Shown: positions 1 through 11,949, counted from the stretch's first letter. The stretch is DNA of 62,137 nucleotides from an uncultured Parabacteroides sp. (GCA_937890135.1 CALBYC010000211.1:1-62137); one strand, 5' to 3'. Numbers and translations are program-made. Notes: generated by a model not told the origin, from the letters alone.

Positions 1-291
1 CTTTATTTTCTTCGGGTCTAATACGTTGGCAGATGCTTTGCTTATGCTGTCTGCTTTCATTGCGGAATAGCCCAATTTAGAAAAGATGGCCGCGGGATTG
101 TCTCCTTGTTTGATTTCGTAGTGGTACAAATTGAGGGAATCTATGCAGATTCCATATTCGTAGATATGTTGCAATGTATCTACTTCTGAAACATTATCGT
201 CCTTGTCCTGCTGCTTGGTTTGGCAACTATTGGTAAGAAAGATGCTTGCCAGTCCTATGGCGATGATATATGAATATATGTATTTGCCCAT
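1..291 (-). CDS. Probable M23-family peptidoglycan DD-endopeptidase, N-terminal part (runs off the window edge)
   Basis: Hand translation from ATG at 291: MGKYIYSYIIAIGLASIFLTNSC (lipoprotein-like signal) ...YEYGICIDSL...IKQGDNPAAIFSKLG, resembling N-termini of Bacteroidales M23 peptidases; catalytic domain not in window. Confidence 0.55.
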   Translation of the reverse strand, partial: MGKYIYSYIIAIGLASIFLTNSCQTKQQDKDDNVSEVDTLQHIYEYGICIDSLNLYHYEIKQGDNPAAIFSKLGYSAMKADSISKASANVLDPKKIK

Positions 292-490
292 ATTTTGATG
301 AAAATCAACTAATGTTTATATCATAGAGCAAATATAGCAATTAACAGGAAAATAGGCAATCTTAATTGAATCTTTGCGATTATCGATGTTGCGCAGGCAT
401 AAGCAGAAAGGGAGAATGAAAAATTGGGCGGCCAGTCGATAGTAGCGGATGTCTGAACAAAAAGTGAAACGATATTAATAATGCAGCTTT

Positions 491-506
491 TGGCACGTTA
501 TTTGCA
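491..506 (+). promoter_or_regulatory. Sigma-54 (RpoN) -24/-12 promoter
   Basis: TGGCAC-GTTAT-TTGCA matches TGGCAC-N5-TTGC(A/T) exactly, about 30 nt upstream of ATG 537. Confidence 0.7.
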
Positions 507-536
507 TCTTATACATAAATGAAAAGATATGATAGG

Positions 537-962
537 ATGAAAAAGTTTTTTATGCATGCCCTGTTGGTTCCTGCGCTGGCAGGAGCTTTGTTCGCTTGTT
601 CCGGTTCTAAAACGGATGCCAAGCAGTTGGAAGGTAAGTGGAATGTCGTGGAAGTGAAAGGGGAGAAAGTAAACTGTGAAAATACCCCATTCATGGAGTT
701 TGACATGAAAGAAAACAAATTACACGGGAATGCCGGTTGTAATATATTCAATACTTCCGTGACTTTGGATGCCAAGGATGCCTCGGCGATGAGGATTGAG
801 GATGGTTTGACCACGATGATGGCTTGCCCTGATATGGATATGGAGACAAAGATATTGCAATCCATGTCTGCCGTAAGAGCCGTCAAGGCGGGTGCGAACG
901 CCGATGAGATGTTATTGGTGGATGCAGATGGCAACGTCGTGATGGTATTGGCAAGAAATTAA
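537..962 (+). CDS. META-domain (HslJ-like) lipoprotein
   Basis: Lipobox LFAC; L.G.W, GNAGCN and TMMACPD motifs; start 537 preferred over 519 (signal peptide length, promoter position). Confidence 0.85.
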   Translation: MKKFFMHALLVPALAGALFACSGSKTDAKQLEGKWNVVEVKGEKVNCENTPFMEFDMKENKLHGNAGCNIFNTSVTLDAKDASAMRIEDGLTTMMACPDMDMETKILQSMSAVRAVKAGANADEMLLVDADGNVVMVLARN

Positions 963-1004
963 GAAGAAATTGCCCCATTTGGCAGGAGACCGGAAGGTAT
1001 GGCA

Positions 1005-1066
1005 GAAAGCTCCCCATGAAATTTTCTTTTGATAACCACTAAATGAGAATTTCATGGGGAGCTTTC
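1005..1066. terminator. Inverted repeat, probable bidirectional terminator
   Basis: 19-bp perfect arms GAAAGCTCCCCATGAAATT / AATTTCATGGGGAGCTTTC with a 24-nt loop between convergent genes. Confidence 0.55.
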
Positions 1067-1094
1067 CCTTCAGGCGTAGGCAAGGGGATTTTCC

Positions 1095-2309
1095 TTATTC
1101 GCCATACAACAAATATTTCTTCCGCATTTCCTTGTATTTGTCCAGCCCTTCTTTCCATGATTCCCTTATCTGTTCTTCGCTCATTCCTTCGGCGATTTGT
1201 TTGCGTAGCTGGTCTGTCCCAGCTAACAAGTCGAACCATTTGGCCCGAGAAAAGAAGAACGTGGCATTGCGTCCGCATTTGTCAAAAAAATCCATGACGA
1301 ACTTTAATGTCAAGCCTCCTTCGAATGGATATTCTTGCAGGTTGACTCCATAACAGACCTTGTCTTTTTGAATGGGATTGGTGTCAAACCCTGGCAATGC
1401 GGCAGGAGTGAATTGATAAGTTCCGAACTTCTTGTCGGGGTATCCGATAACCTGGAACGGGAAGTAGGTGCCCCTTCCCACGCTGAAAGGCGTTGCCTCG
1501 AAAAGGCAGAGGGAAGGATATAAACGCACGGCTTGGTCGTTTGGCAAGTTCGGTGAAGGTTTGACCGGTAACCAATAAGGGTCTCCGTGTTTCCAATTCA
1601 ACATCGGAACCACTTCCAATTTACAAGAATTTTCCCCGGACTTGAGCCACCCTTCCCCATTTATCATGCCGGCCAATTCCCCGACCGTCAATCCGTGCAA
1701 AAGAGGAATCGGGTCGACGCCGACAAAAGAACGGAATCCAGGTTGGCGTATGGGACCATCCACATAATCGTTGGGATTGGGACGATCCAAAACAATAAGC
1801 TCTTTGCCATTCTCGGCACAAGCTTCCATGACATAATGCATCGTGCTGATATACGTGTAAAAACGCGCCCCGACATCTTGTATGTCGAAAACTACGGCAT
1901 CGATTTCAGCCAGTTGTCCTGCCGTCGGTGCTTTCTGTTTCCCGTAAATCGATACGATGGGTATTCCTGTTTTGATGTCCTTGCTGTCTTTTACCTCTTC
2001 GCCTGCATCTTCTGTGCCTCTGAATCCATGTTCTGGGGCAAAGACTACTTTCACTTGGTATCCGCTTTCCACCAAGAAGTCCAATAGGTGCGTTTGCAAT
2101 TCATTGTTCAGGACGGATGTTTGGTTGACTACCAATCCGATTTTTCTCCCTTGCAACAAAGTTTCTAATTTGTCGGAACGTTCTGCCCCGATAACCACAT
2201 CCCCTTTCTCTCCGCATAGTGCGTGAGAAATACACTGGCAAGAAAAAATCAGTAAGAATGCAATCCTTTTTATCAGTTTCCTCATCGTTTTTCTTCTTAA
2301 GTCCTTCAT
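1095..2309 (-). CDS. namZ: Exo-beta-N-acetylmuramidase NamZ (DUF1343 family)
   Basis: FAPEHGFRG, FDIQDVGARFYTYIST, LDRPNP, PSPNLP and SVGRGT motifs; signal peptide; alternative start at 2285. Confidence 0.88.
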   Translation of the reverse strand: MKDLRRKTMRKLIKRIAFLLIFSCQCISHALCGEKGDVVIGAERSDKLETLLQGRKIGLVVNQTSVLNNELQTHLLDFLVESGYQVKVVFAPEHGFRGTEDAGEEVKDSKDIKTGIPIVSIYGKQKAPTAGQLAEIDAVVFDIQDVGARFYTYISTMHYVMEACAENGKELIVLDRPNPNDYVDGPIRQPGFRSFVGVDPIPLLHGLTVGELAGMINGEGWLKSGENSCKLEVVPMLNWKHGDPYWLPVKPSPNLPNDQAVRLYPSLCLFEATPFSVGRGTYFPFQVIGYPDKKFGTYQFTPAALPGFDTNPIQKDKVCYGVNLQEYPFEGGLTLKFVMDFFDKCGRNATFFFSRAKWFDLLAGTDQLRKQIAEGMSEEQIRESWKEGLDKYKEMRKKYLLYGE

Positions 2310-2428
2310 GAAAGTTTTTGGTTAGGCATCGTACTTGCCTCAATTCTATGCAAATTTAGGCATAATATTGATTTATATCTCCATGTGATCAAAACAAATT
2401 TTAATAATGAAAAAGAAAAAGAATGTGT

Positions 2429-2436
2429 TATCTTTG
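2429..2436 (+). promoter_or_regulatory. Bacteroidetes housekeeping -7 promoter element
   Basis: TATCTTTG (TAnnTTTG) about 40 nt upstream of ATG 2479. Confidence 0.55.
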
Positions 2437-2478
2437 CCTTGAATATCATTCTTACAAACACAATAATAATAGTAACAA

Positions 2479-3363
2479 ATGAAAAACGCAATTGAACCAA
2501 TTGCTGAAAATATAAAAGATGACTTGACAGAGGCATTGAGCAGATGCGGATTGATGTACCGCCTGTTTTACCGAGTGAAGACAATGAGTTCCATTCAGCA
2601 TAAAATGGCATTTAAGGGAGATAAATATCGCAGCGGAGAGTCGAAAATGCAAGATATAATAGGATTCCGTATTGTTCTTTATTTTCCCGACGATGTGGAT
2701 TTGGTATCTCTTTATTTCAGTTGCAAGGATGTGGTGAAACGGTCGGTAGATTCGCCGGACCCCTCTACATTCCGGCCTCAACGTTTGAATTTGACACGAA
2801 ATATTCCGGAACAGTTTGTCAAGGAATTTAGGGAAAAACTTCCCCCTGAATATGCTCCATATATCGACTCCACCTATGAGATCCAAATACGTACGGTCTT
2901 TTCAGAAGGATGGCACGAAGTGGAGCACGACTTTCGCTATAAATGCAAGGAAGACTGGGTTGGGTATGAGTTTTATTCCCGTACATTAAATGGCGTTATC
3001 GCCACTCTGGAAAATGCGGAATGGAGCATGAGGGCCTTGTTCCATGAAATGTCCCATAAAAACTATCAGGATGGGAATTACCGCGCCATGCTCCGGAACA
3101 AATTGCGCATTCGTTTGAAAGACGAGGACTTTTCCCCTGCGGTTCATGATTATTTACAGAAGAATCCTCAAATGGCAAAGAACTTCTTGAAAATAGACCG
3201 CATGGCTTTTGTCTTGATGTTGATGAACCATAAGCAGGCAATCGATTTGACGTATGACAACATCATGTTTTTAGTCAATCGCATCGAGCTGAACGATCCA
3301 GATTTCAAAGCATTGGAAGGAGAGGAAAGGAGCAAAATGTTAGACCAATATCTGCTCTCTTGA
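2479..3363 (+). CDS. Stand-alone RelA/SpoT (SYNTH) domain protein, small alarmone synthetase-like nucleotidyltransferase
   Basis: RVKTMSS, QDIIGFRIV, YEIQIRT and WHEVEHDFRYK motifs; no hydrolase domain. Confidence 0.82.
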   Translation: MKNAIEPIAENIKDDLTEALSRCGLMYRLFYRVKTMSSIQHKMAFKGDKYRSGESKMQDIIGFRIVLYFPDDVDLVSLYFSCKDVVKRSVDSPDPSTFRPQRLNLTRNIPEQFVKEFREKLPPEYAPYIDSTYEIQIRTVFSEGWHEVEHDFRYKCKEDWVGYEFYSRTLNGVIATLENAEWSMRALFHEMSHKNYQDGNYRAMLRNKLRIRLKDEDFSPAVHDYLQKNPQMAKNFLKIDRMAFVLMLMNHKQAIDLTYDNIMFLVNRIELNDPDFKALEGEERSKMLDQYLLS

Positions 3364-3409
3364 TTTTTATGGGATAGCATAGGAGGGGGAAGGGCAACCG
3401 GCATACTAT

Positions 3410-3453
3410 AAAAAAACGGTGACAGCATTTTTCGTTGCTGCCACCGTTTTTTT
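3410..3453. terminator. Bidirectional intrinsic terminator
   Basis: A7-CGGTGACAGCA...TGCTGCCACCG-T7 between convergent genes. Confidence 0.8.
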
Positions 3454-3459
3454 GTGTAA

Positions 3460-5388
3460 TCATTGCGGACGTTTTTTGTTTTGACGCTCTTCGCGTTGAT
3501 GCTTCAATTGCTCTTGTTGGCGTTTCAACTGTTCCTGTTGCATCTTTTGAGCCTCTTCCAGACGTTTCATGAATCCGGATTTTTTCATAGGCTTACGTTT
3601 ATTCGCCTCCAGCTTCGCAAGCAACTTCTCTTCATCGATTGTATATCGGAAGAATAGAGTTTGCGCTATGGTTATCAATGTGGAGATAAAATAATAGTAA
3701 GTCAAACCGGAAGCGTAGCTATTGAAGATGAACAAAAACATAAGTGGCATCATATACATCATCGCCTTCATGCCGGGCATCTGTTGCTGGCCCGTGTTTG
3801 TCATTTCCATGTTAAACTTGGTGTAGGCTATGTTTGTCACTGTCATCAGCAGGCAGAACAAACTGATGTGGTTGCCGAAATAGGTCGAAATCAATGGTAT
3901 CTGCGTCTTCCAACTGATGATGGCATCATAGGTGGACAAGTCTTGCGCCCATAAGAAACTTTGATGCCTCAGTTCTATGGCAGAAGGGAAGAACATGAAA
4001 AGCGCAATCAGGATAGGCATTTGCAGTAACATGGGCACGCAACCGCTCATCGGGCTGGCTCCGGCACGGCTGTACAGTTCCATGATTTCACGCTGTTTGT
4101 CCATTGCTTGCTCCTTGTTCGGGTATTTGGCATTGATGGCTTCCACTTGTGGACGCAACACACGCATCTTCGCAGATGAGATGTATGACTTGTAGGTGAG
4201 TGGAAATAATATTGTCTTGATAATGACTGTCATCAGGAAAATCAATAAACCGTAGTTGGAGATGAATTTGCCCAAGAAGTCAAATAGTGGAATGATAAAG
4301 TACTGATTGACCCAGCGGAAGATGCCCCATCCTAAAGGAACCAGCTTTTCCAGGTTCAATTCGTCTTCTCCGTCCGCAACTTGATTGTTGTAATCGTTTA
4401 GCAACTCATAGCGGTTCGGTACGAAATAATATTCAAACTCTGTGGCTTTTGTGCCTTGCAAATCGAAGTCCACAGCTGCTATTGTTTTGAAGTATTTCAG
4501 GTATTCTCCAGAAGCATACGGTTTGGATGTCAACTGCGCCTCTTTGAATCCATCTTTAGCCACTAAGACCGTAGAGAAGTACATATCTTTGTAGCCAATC
4601 CATTGCAACGTTTCTTTTGGATGCTTCTCAACGTTTCCAGAGGCACTCAGGTAGTCCGTTGCGTCTCCCCATTCCTTATAATGCAGTTCTACGTACCTGT
4701 CTTCAAATTTTCGTCCTTTTTCCTGTTGCAAGATGTCCTGTTCCCAAGTCATGCTGAGGGTATTGACATTCGGTGCGAGCAAGCCGTTCAAGCCATTTGC
4801 TTTGATGGAAAAGCTTAATTTGTAGTCGTCCGCACTCAAATGGTAGTTGAAATCCAACGACCTGTTTTCGTCCAGCTGCAATCGCATGGTCAGCGTGTTG
4901 GAATCCGCCCCTTTGATAGGAGAGAAAAACAAGTTCTTCGTGTTGACTACTTGATTGGCGGCTGTGACAAGGGCCAAGTCGAAAGCCGACTTCTCTTCTG
5001 TGAAAAGAACCAGTGGGTCGCCTTTGTAATTGTCATATTCTTTCAATATGGCAGAAACGACACGCCCTCCTTTCGTACTGAGCGCCACGGCCACTTTTTC
5101 GTTTTCTAATGTGACGAGTTCTTCTTTGCCTTCCATCTTGGTTGCAAAAACACCGAAACTATTTTGCAACTGCGCCATGCGGACAGAATCGGGTAGCCCG
5201 GCCATTGCATCAGCGGGATTGGCCTTTTTTCTCTCTAATTCGGCTTGGGCTTCCAATTCGACCTGCGCGATTGAATCTTGGTAACGGCGTTGCGCTTCGA
5301 GTTGTTCAGGAGTTGGCCGGTTCAGCCAGCTGAATCCGAAAAGCACGATGCCGATGAGCACAAAACCGATAATTGTGTTTTTATTCAT
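3460..5388 (-). CDS. yidC: Membrane protein insertase YidC
   Basis: N-terminal TM, large periplasmic domain, LGWGIF, GCVPMLLQMPI, FLWAQDLS, SGLTYYY. Confidence 0.96.
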   Translation of the reverse strand: MNKNTIIGFVLIGIVLFGFSWLNRPTPEQLEAQRRYQDSIAQVELEAQAELERKKANPADAMAGLPDSVRMAQLQNSFGVFATKMEGKEELVTLENEKVAVALSTKGGRVVSAILKEYDNYKGDPLVLFTEEKSAFDLALVTAANQVVNTKNLFFSPIKGADSNTLTMRLQLDENRSLDFNYHLSADDYKLSFSIKANGLNGLLAPNVNTLSMTWEQDILQQEKGRKFEDRYVELHYKEWGDATDYLSASGNVEKHPKETLQWIGYKDMYFSTVLVAKDGFKEAQLTSKPYASGEYLKYFKTIAAVDFDLQGTKATEFEYYFVPNRYELLNDYNNQVADGEDELNLEKLVPLGWGIFRWVNQYFIIPLFDFLGKFISNYGLLIFLMTVIIKTILFPLTYKSYISSAKMRVLRPQVEAINAKYPNKEQAMDKQREIMELYSRAGASPMSGCVPMLLQMPILIALFMFFPSAIELRHQSFLWAQDLSTYDAIISWKTQIPLISTYFGNHISLFCLLMTVTNIAYTKFNMEMTNTGQQQMPGMKAMMYMMPLMFLFIFNSYASGLTYYYFISTLITIAQTLFFRYTIDEEKLLAKLEANKRKPMKKSGFMKRLEEAQKMQQEQLKRQQEQLKHQREERQNKKRPQ

Positions 5389-5397
5389 TCTTTGTTA

Positions 5398-7017
<1,620 letters not shown>

Positions 7018-7306
7018 TTAGTTATCTTATAATTCTATTCAATTTAACTTATGAGAATCATCGTCCTTGATAATTTATCCCGGAATCGGTTTAAATCATT
7101 AAAAACGGGTCATTGTCATATCGTTTTTGAATCAAAAGGGCAAAGTTATGGATTTTATCTTTTCTTGCCAAACGACCTTCTTAAAATAACTTGAATTATG
7201 CCGATTATTCTTTTTAAATATGTTGTGGTGGAAGAATTTTGGAACTAATTATGTACATTTGCACAAGCAAAGAAGATTAGACGGACTTAATTGGTAGAAA
7301 ACAATA

Positions 7307-8830
7307 ATGAAAAGAAGCTATGTATTGACATTGTTCGCCGGTTTATGTGGCTGGCACTTCGCTGCGGCTCAGGATACGATATCTATTTTGAGGCCTGCTA
7401 TGATTCAGCATCCTGTTTCGCTATCGTCCCAACAGGATACGCTGGTTACAGTGGATGAAAAAGAACTTCCAGACTTGAGAACTCGTTTAATGGAATTGAA
7501 TGGCGGATATACGCAACCGAAGAAGTTTACACAGTCTTTACGTAAATTCCTTATAAAAGACGACTTGGTCATGTCGCCTGAAGCGCAGATGCTAATCAAT
7601 GACTTTTACAATCGCTCCAATTCCTTTGACTCTTATGTGACGCTCAAAGACACGATGATAGTCAACCGCTTGTTCATGCCTATTGTCTTTTCAGGAAATT
7701 ATTTGCCTGACAATCTGGTCTTTTTTGATAAAAAAGCGGGTATGCCTGCTTACCGGCCAAAGCCGTTCATGCCTGTTGATTCTATTTTTACAGATTATAT
7801 TTTGGCTGAAAACAGTGCAAAAATGGCTCACCGCTATGTCGAGTGCAACTATCCTACCTATTTCCATTACTCTCAGTCCATGCTGCCCAAAGATGGGGTC
7901 AAGGCTAAAGTGGTGAAAAAGAATATCACGGATGATTTCCCTTTGGTTGTGACCAATGATATCAGTTTCGATGATGAAAAAGCTCCGGAGAAGTTCATTC
8001 CGGAACGAAGGTATTGGAAGTCACATTTTGAAAGCTCTATCCAGTTTGCGCAAAACTATGTTTCTCCCAACTGGCACAAGGGTGGCAACAGTTCGTTGAA
8101 CCTGAACAATCGTGAATATGTTCGGTATGACTATAACAAGGATCGTGTCCAATTTACGAATGAGTTGGAGATAAAGAATACGTTGTATACCGCGCCGAAT
8201 GATACTTTGCGCAGCTATAAAGTGAGTGATGATGTGTTCCGTGTGCATTCCAACTTTGGTTATCGAGCTTTCCAGAAGTGGTATTATACGATAGACATGG
8301 AGTTCAAGACACAGCTACTGAGTAGTTATGCGGAGAATTCGGATGTACGTCAGGCCGGCTTCCTTTCTCCTTACAGCATCAATGTCGGTGTCGGTATGAA
8401 ATATGACTTGAACAAGAAATTCAAAGATAGGCATAAGTCTCTTACCTTCAATGTCAATGTTGCCCCGTTGGCTTATACGTTCCGCCAGACAATCGACGAT
8501 AAAATCAATCTGGGAAAACATTTCAAGAAAAAAGAGGGCTCGGATGAATACCCGACATTGGAGAACTTGTTTGGTTCGACTATCAATGCGACCTTGAACT
8601 TCCAGATCAACAGGAATGTCAGTTGGTATTCACGCTTTTATTATAATACGAACTACAAGCGTATAGAAGGGGAGTGGGAGAATCGTTTTTCATTTGCCTG
8701 GAGCCGGTTTTTCTCCACGAACATTACTTTGAATATGCGTTATGATGATGGTGTGGCACGAAACAAGGATTTTGATTCTTTCTTGCAGCTGAATGAATTG
8801 TTGAGTTTCGGCTTTAACTATAAATGGTAA
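7307..8830 (+). CDS. DUF3078-domain outer-membrane beta-barrel protein
   Basis: Signal peptide; QNYVSPNWHKGG motif; ends LSFGFNYKW. Confidence 0.75.
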   Translation: MKRSYVLTLFAGLCGWHFAAAQDTISILRPAMIQHPVSLSSQQDTLVTVDEKELPDLRTRLMELNGGYTQPKKFTQSLRKFLIKDDLVMSPEAQMLINDFYNRSNSFDSYVTLKDTMIVNRLFMPIVFSGNYLPDNLVFFDKKAGMPAYRPKPFMPVDSIFTDYILAENSAKMAHRYVECNYPTYFHYSQSMLPKDGVKAKVVKKNITDDFPLVVTNDISFDDEKAPEKFIPERRYWKSHFESSIQFAQNYVSPNWHKGGNSSLNLNNREYVRYDYNKDRVQFTNELEIKNTLYTAPNDTLRSYKVSDDVFRVHSNFGYRAFQKWYYTIDMEFKTQLLSSYAENSDVRQAGFLSPYSINVGVGMKYDLNKKFKDRHKSLTFNVNVAPLAYTFRQTIDDKINLGKHFKKKEGSDEYPTLENLFGSTINATLNFQINRNVSWYSRFYYNTNYKRIEGEWENRFSFAWSRFFSTNITLNMRYDDGVARNKDFDSFLQLNELLSFGFNYKW

Positions 8831-8849
8831 TCTTTTCACATGCCATAGA

Positions 8850-8887
8850 GAACGCCCGATGGTTCATTTGCTTACCATCGGGCGTTC
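8850..8887. terminator. Hairpin terminator between convergent genes
   Basis: GAACGCCCGATGGT / ACCATCGGGCGTTC 14-bp stem. Confidence 0.65.
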
Positions 8888-8918
8888 CGTTTTCGGGAAA
8901 AATAGCTATTGGCATCCT

Positions 8919-9668
8919 TTATTGCCGGAAAAGTCTTTCGGCTTTTTCCAGATCTTCTGGTGTGTCGATACCTATCGTCTCTTGTTCAGTGATGCCTACT
9001 TTGACTTTATATCCGTTTTCCAGCCATCGCAATTGTTCCAAACTTTCTGCCAATTCCAATGACGATGGGGGAAGGGCTGTGATTTCTTTCAATACATCCG
9101 CCCGGTATGCGTACATGCCGATATGTTTGTAAAAGACATGGGAAGGGAGCCATTCGGTGTATTTTTTCCCTCTGATATATGGGATGATGGAACGGCTGAA
9201 ATACATGGCTTCCATTTTCTTGTTTACCACGACTTTGGGCGAGTTCGGATTGAATAGCGTGTTTTCAAAATCCCCATCGGCCGCAAACGGCTTTACCAAA
9301 GTGGCGATGTCTGTGCTTTCTTCTTCAAAACATTGCTTGATAGTCTCGATTTGTTCTGGGTGGATGAAAGGTTCGTCTCCCTGGATATTGATGATGACGT
9401 CGAATGGTTCTCCTATTTTCTGGTACGCTTCTTCGCAGCGGTCGGTCCCGCTCCTGTGATGTTCGGAAGTCATGACAACATTCCCTCCAAACGACTTTAC
9501 TGCCGCTTCAATCCGTTCGTCGTCGGTGGCGACACAAACCTTGTCAACGCTGTCCTCCACTTGCTCATACACGCGCTGGATCATCTGTTTGCCTCCCAGC
9601 AAGGCCAATGGCTTGCCGGGGAAACGGGTGGAAGCGTAGCGGGCAGGTATTATTCCTATGAACTTCAT
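8919..9668 (-). CDS. kdsB: 3-deoxy-manno-octulosonate cytidylyltransferase
   Basis: IIPARYASTRFPGKPL, SGTDR, NIQGDEP, ESLEQLR. Confidence 0.97.
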   Translation of the reverse strand: MKFIGIIPARYASTRFPGKPLALLGGKQMIQRVYEQVEDSVDKVCVATDDERIEAAVKSFGGNVVMTSEHHRSGTDRCEEAYQKIGEPFDVIINIQGDEPFIHPEQIETIKQCFEEESTDIATLVKPFAADGDFENTLFNPNSPKVVVNKKMEAMYFSRSIIPYIRGKKYTEWLPSHVFYKHIGMYAYRADVLKEITALPPSSLELAESLEQLRWLENGYKVKVGITEQETIGIDTPEDLEKAERLFRQ

Positions 9669-9699
9669 TTTATTTAATCTATTTAATGTTTATATCGAG

Positions 9700-11949
9700 T
9701 CATACGCAAAATCGCAAGAGTTTGGAATGTTCTCCCACGATCCATACCAAGTCCCCTTCTTGGAATACGGTGGAAGGATCCGGATTTTTTATGGAGGTGT
9801 TTCCTCGTTCTATGCCGATGACCAAGCAATCTGCTTTGTCCCGTATGCCGGACTCTTGAATGGTCTTTCCTATTAACGGGGAGTTGGCAGAGACTTGGAA
9901 CTGCTCGATGCTGACTTCGTTGGTCGTAGGGTGCAAGTGGGACTTATAGTCTTGGTATTTCTCCTCGACGTAGGTGCGGAAATGCTCCAAGTCTGAATCG
10001 GAACCGACTACGATGATTTTGTCAAATGGGTAAAGTCGTTCTTCCCCTCCGGGTATGTTGATTCGGATGTCGCCGCGGATGATTGTCACGATATTTACAT
10101 TGCAATACTTGCGGAAATTCAATTCCCGTAATGTCTTGCCGACACTGGGGGAGTTTTGTTTAATTTCGAAATCGGCTAAGTGAAGGTCTCTTTCCAGCAT
10201 ATGGTTGGCAAAGTTATGGTTGATGGTTGCTCGTTTCTCTTCTTCAATTTCCCGAGCTGTCAAGTTCGTGAAGAAGTGGCGTTCCATCAGGATGGACTGT
10301 TTTTTCAGTTTTTTTGAGAAGATGATGGAAATGATGATTAAGGATGTGATGACCCACATGTAGCTGACGGCTGTATTGAGCAACCGGGCAACCGGAATCA
10401 TGACCATGATGACGCACAATACGACGCGCAGCAAGATAAGGGAAATCAGCGGACCCCGGTTGAATTTGTTGTCATTCCATAATTGCTGGAACTCGACGGA
10501 ATGGTTCTTTTTCATCATGATGGCGCGCAAAAGAGGGGATATCAAAGCCAATATCATCACCAAAGAAAGGATATTCCCTTTCCAGCCGGGCAAGTGCGAA
10601 GTGATAATGGGTGAAACGTATTGCAGCCATACAAAAATCAGTACGATGGACACGGACGCATAAGTCCCGACGATGCGTGCAAGGGCCTTTAGTAATTTGT
10701 TCCATGCGCTCTTTTGGTTGATTGTGGTTGAACCGGAAGAATATTTTTGTAAAAGGTTCTTCCATTTCTCCGGAATTATGCGGTCCAAATGGTTGTATGC
10801 CGGTTCGGAGAAGCGTATCATGTAGGGCGTGAAGAAGGTCGTCAGTACGGATACGGCAACGACTATCGGATAAAGGAATTTGTCCGTTACTTTCAACGAA
10901 AGCCCCAGGGATGCCAGGATAAAAGCGAACTCTCCGATTTGAGCCAACGAGAAGCCGGATTGTATGGCTACTTTCAGGGATTGGCCGGACAAAAGTACTC
11001 CGAAGGTGCCGAAACAGATTTGCCCTACCATGACGATGATGGTTAGCAAAAGTATGGGGATTTTGTATTCCCATAGCAATTGCGGGTCTATCATCATTCC
11101 GACGGAAACGAAGAAAATGGCACCGAACAGGTCTTTTACCGGTTTGACCAATCGTTCGATGCGTTCCGCCTCTATGGTTTCCGCTAATAACGAACCCATG
11201 ATGAAGGCACCCAGGGCGGATGAGAAACCTGCCAGTGTGGCTATCTTTACCATGCCGAAACAGAGGCCTATGTTGATGATTAGCAGCGTTTCGTAATTAA
11301 GGTATTTATGGCAAAACTGGAGGAACGAGGGGACAAGGTAAATGCCGACGATAAAGCAGAACATGAGAAACACGCCTAATTTGATGACGCTGTCCAGCAG
11401 TTCGATGCCTTCTACTTGTTTGCTGACTGCCAGCGTCGAAAGCAGCACCATCATCAATACGGCAAACAGGTCTTCTACCACAAGTATCCCTAATACTACC
11501 CCTGAGAATTTCTGATTGCGCAGTCCCATGTCGTCTAATGCTTTGTAGATGATGGTCGTGGAAGACATGGAGAGCATCCCGCCCAAAAAGAGGGATGTCA
11601 TGTGGCTCCAGCCTAAGATCAGGCCGGTGGCGTAGCCGACAAACATCATCCCGGCTACGATGGTCAGGGCGGCCGTGACGGCTGTCCCGCCTACTTTGAC
11701 CAACTTCTTGAAACTGAAGTCGAGTCCCAAAGTGAACAGAAGGAAGATTACTCCGATTTCCGACCATGTGCTTATGCTGCTCGAGTCTACCACGGTCGGG
11801 GTAAATTTGCAGGCTGGGCCGCTTAGGATTCCGGCAACTATGTAACCCAGGACAACCGGCTGTTTCAGCCATTTGAAGAGTATTGTCACGAGACTTGCGC
11901 TGACAAGGATAACAGCCAAGTCTGAAATGAGGACTGGAATTTCGGACAT
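9700..11949 (-). CDS. Cation:proton antiporter (CPA2) with C-terminal TrkA-C/RCK_C domains
   Basis: Many TM segments, SSTT, EDL, FFVSVG, QIGEFAF; two C-terminal RCK_C-like repeats. Confidence 0.9.
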   Translation of the reverse strand: MSEIPVLISDLAVILVSASLVTILFKWLKQPVVLGYIVAGILSGPACKFTPTVVDSSSISTWSEIGVIFLLFTLGLDFSFKKLVKVGGTAVTAALTIVAGMMFVGYATGLILGWSHMTSLFLGGMLSMSSTTIIYKALDDMGLRNQKFSGVVLGILVVEDLFAVLMMVLLSTLAVSKQVEGIELLDSVIKLGVFLMFCFIVGIYLVPSFLQFCHKYLNYETLLIINIGLCFGMVKIATLAGFSSALGAFIMGSLLAETIEAERIERLVKPVKDLFGAIFFVSVGMMIDPQLLWEYKIPILLLTIIVMVGQICFGTFGVLLSGQSLKVAIQSGFSLAQIGEFAFILASLGLSLKVTDKFLYPIVVAVSVLTTFFTPYMIRFSEPAYNHLDRIIPEKWKNLLQKYSSGSTTINQKSAWNKLLKALARIVGTYASVSIVLIFVWLQYVSPIITSHLPGWKGNILSLVMILALISPLLRAIMMKKNHSVEFQQLWNDNKFNRGPLISLILLRVVLCVIMVMIPVARLLNTAVSYMWVITSLIIISIIFSKKLKKQSILMERHFFTNLTAREIEEEKRATINHNFANHMLERDLHLADFEIKQNSPSVGKTLRELNFRKYCNVNIVTIIRGDIRINIPGGEERLYPFDKIIVVGSDSDLEHFRTYVEEKYQDYKSHLHPTTNEVSIEQFQVSANSPLIGKTIQESGIRDKADCLVIGIERGNTSIKNPDPSTVFQEGDLVWIVGEHSKLLRFCV

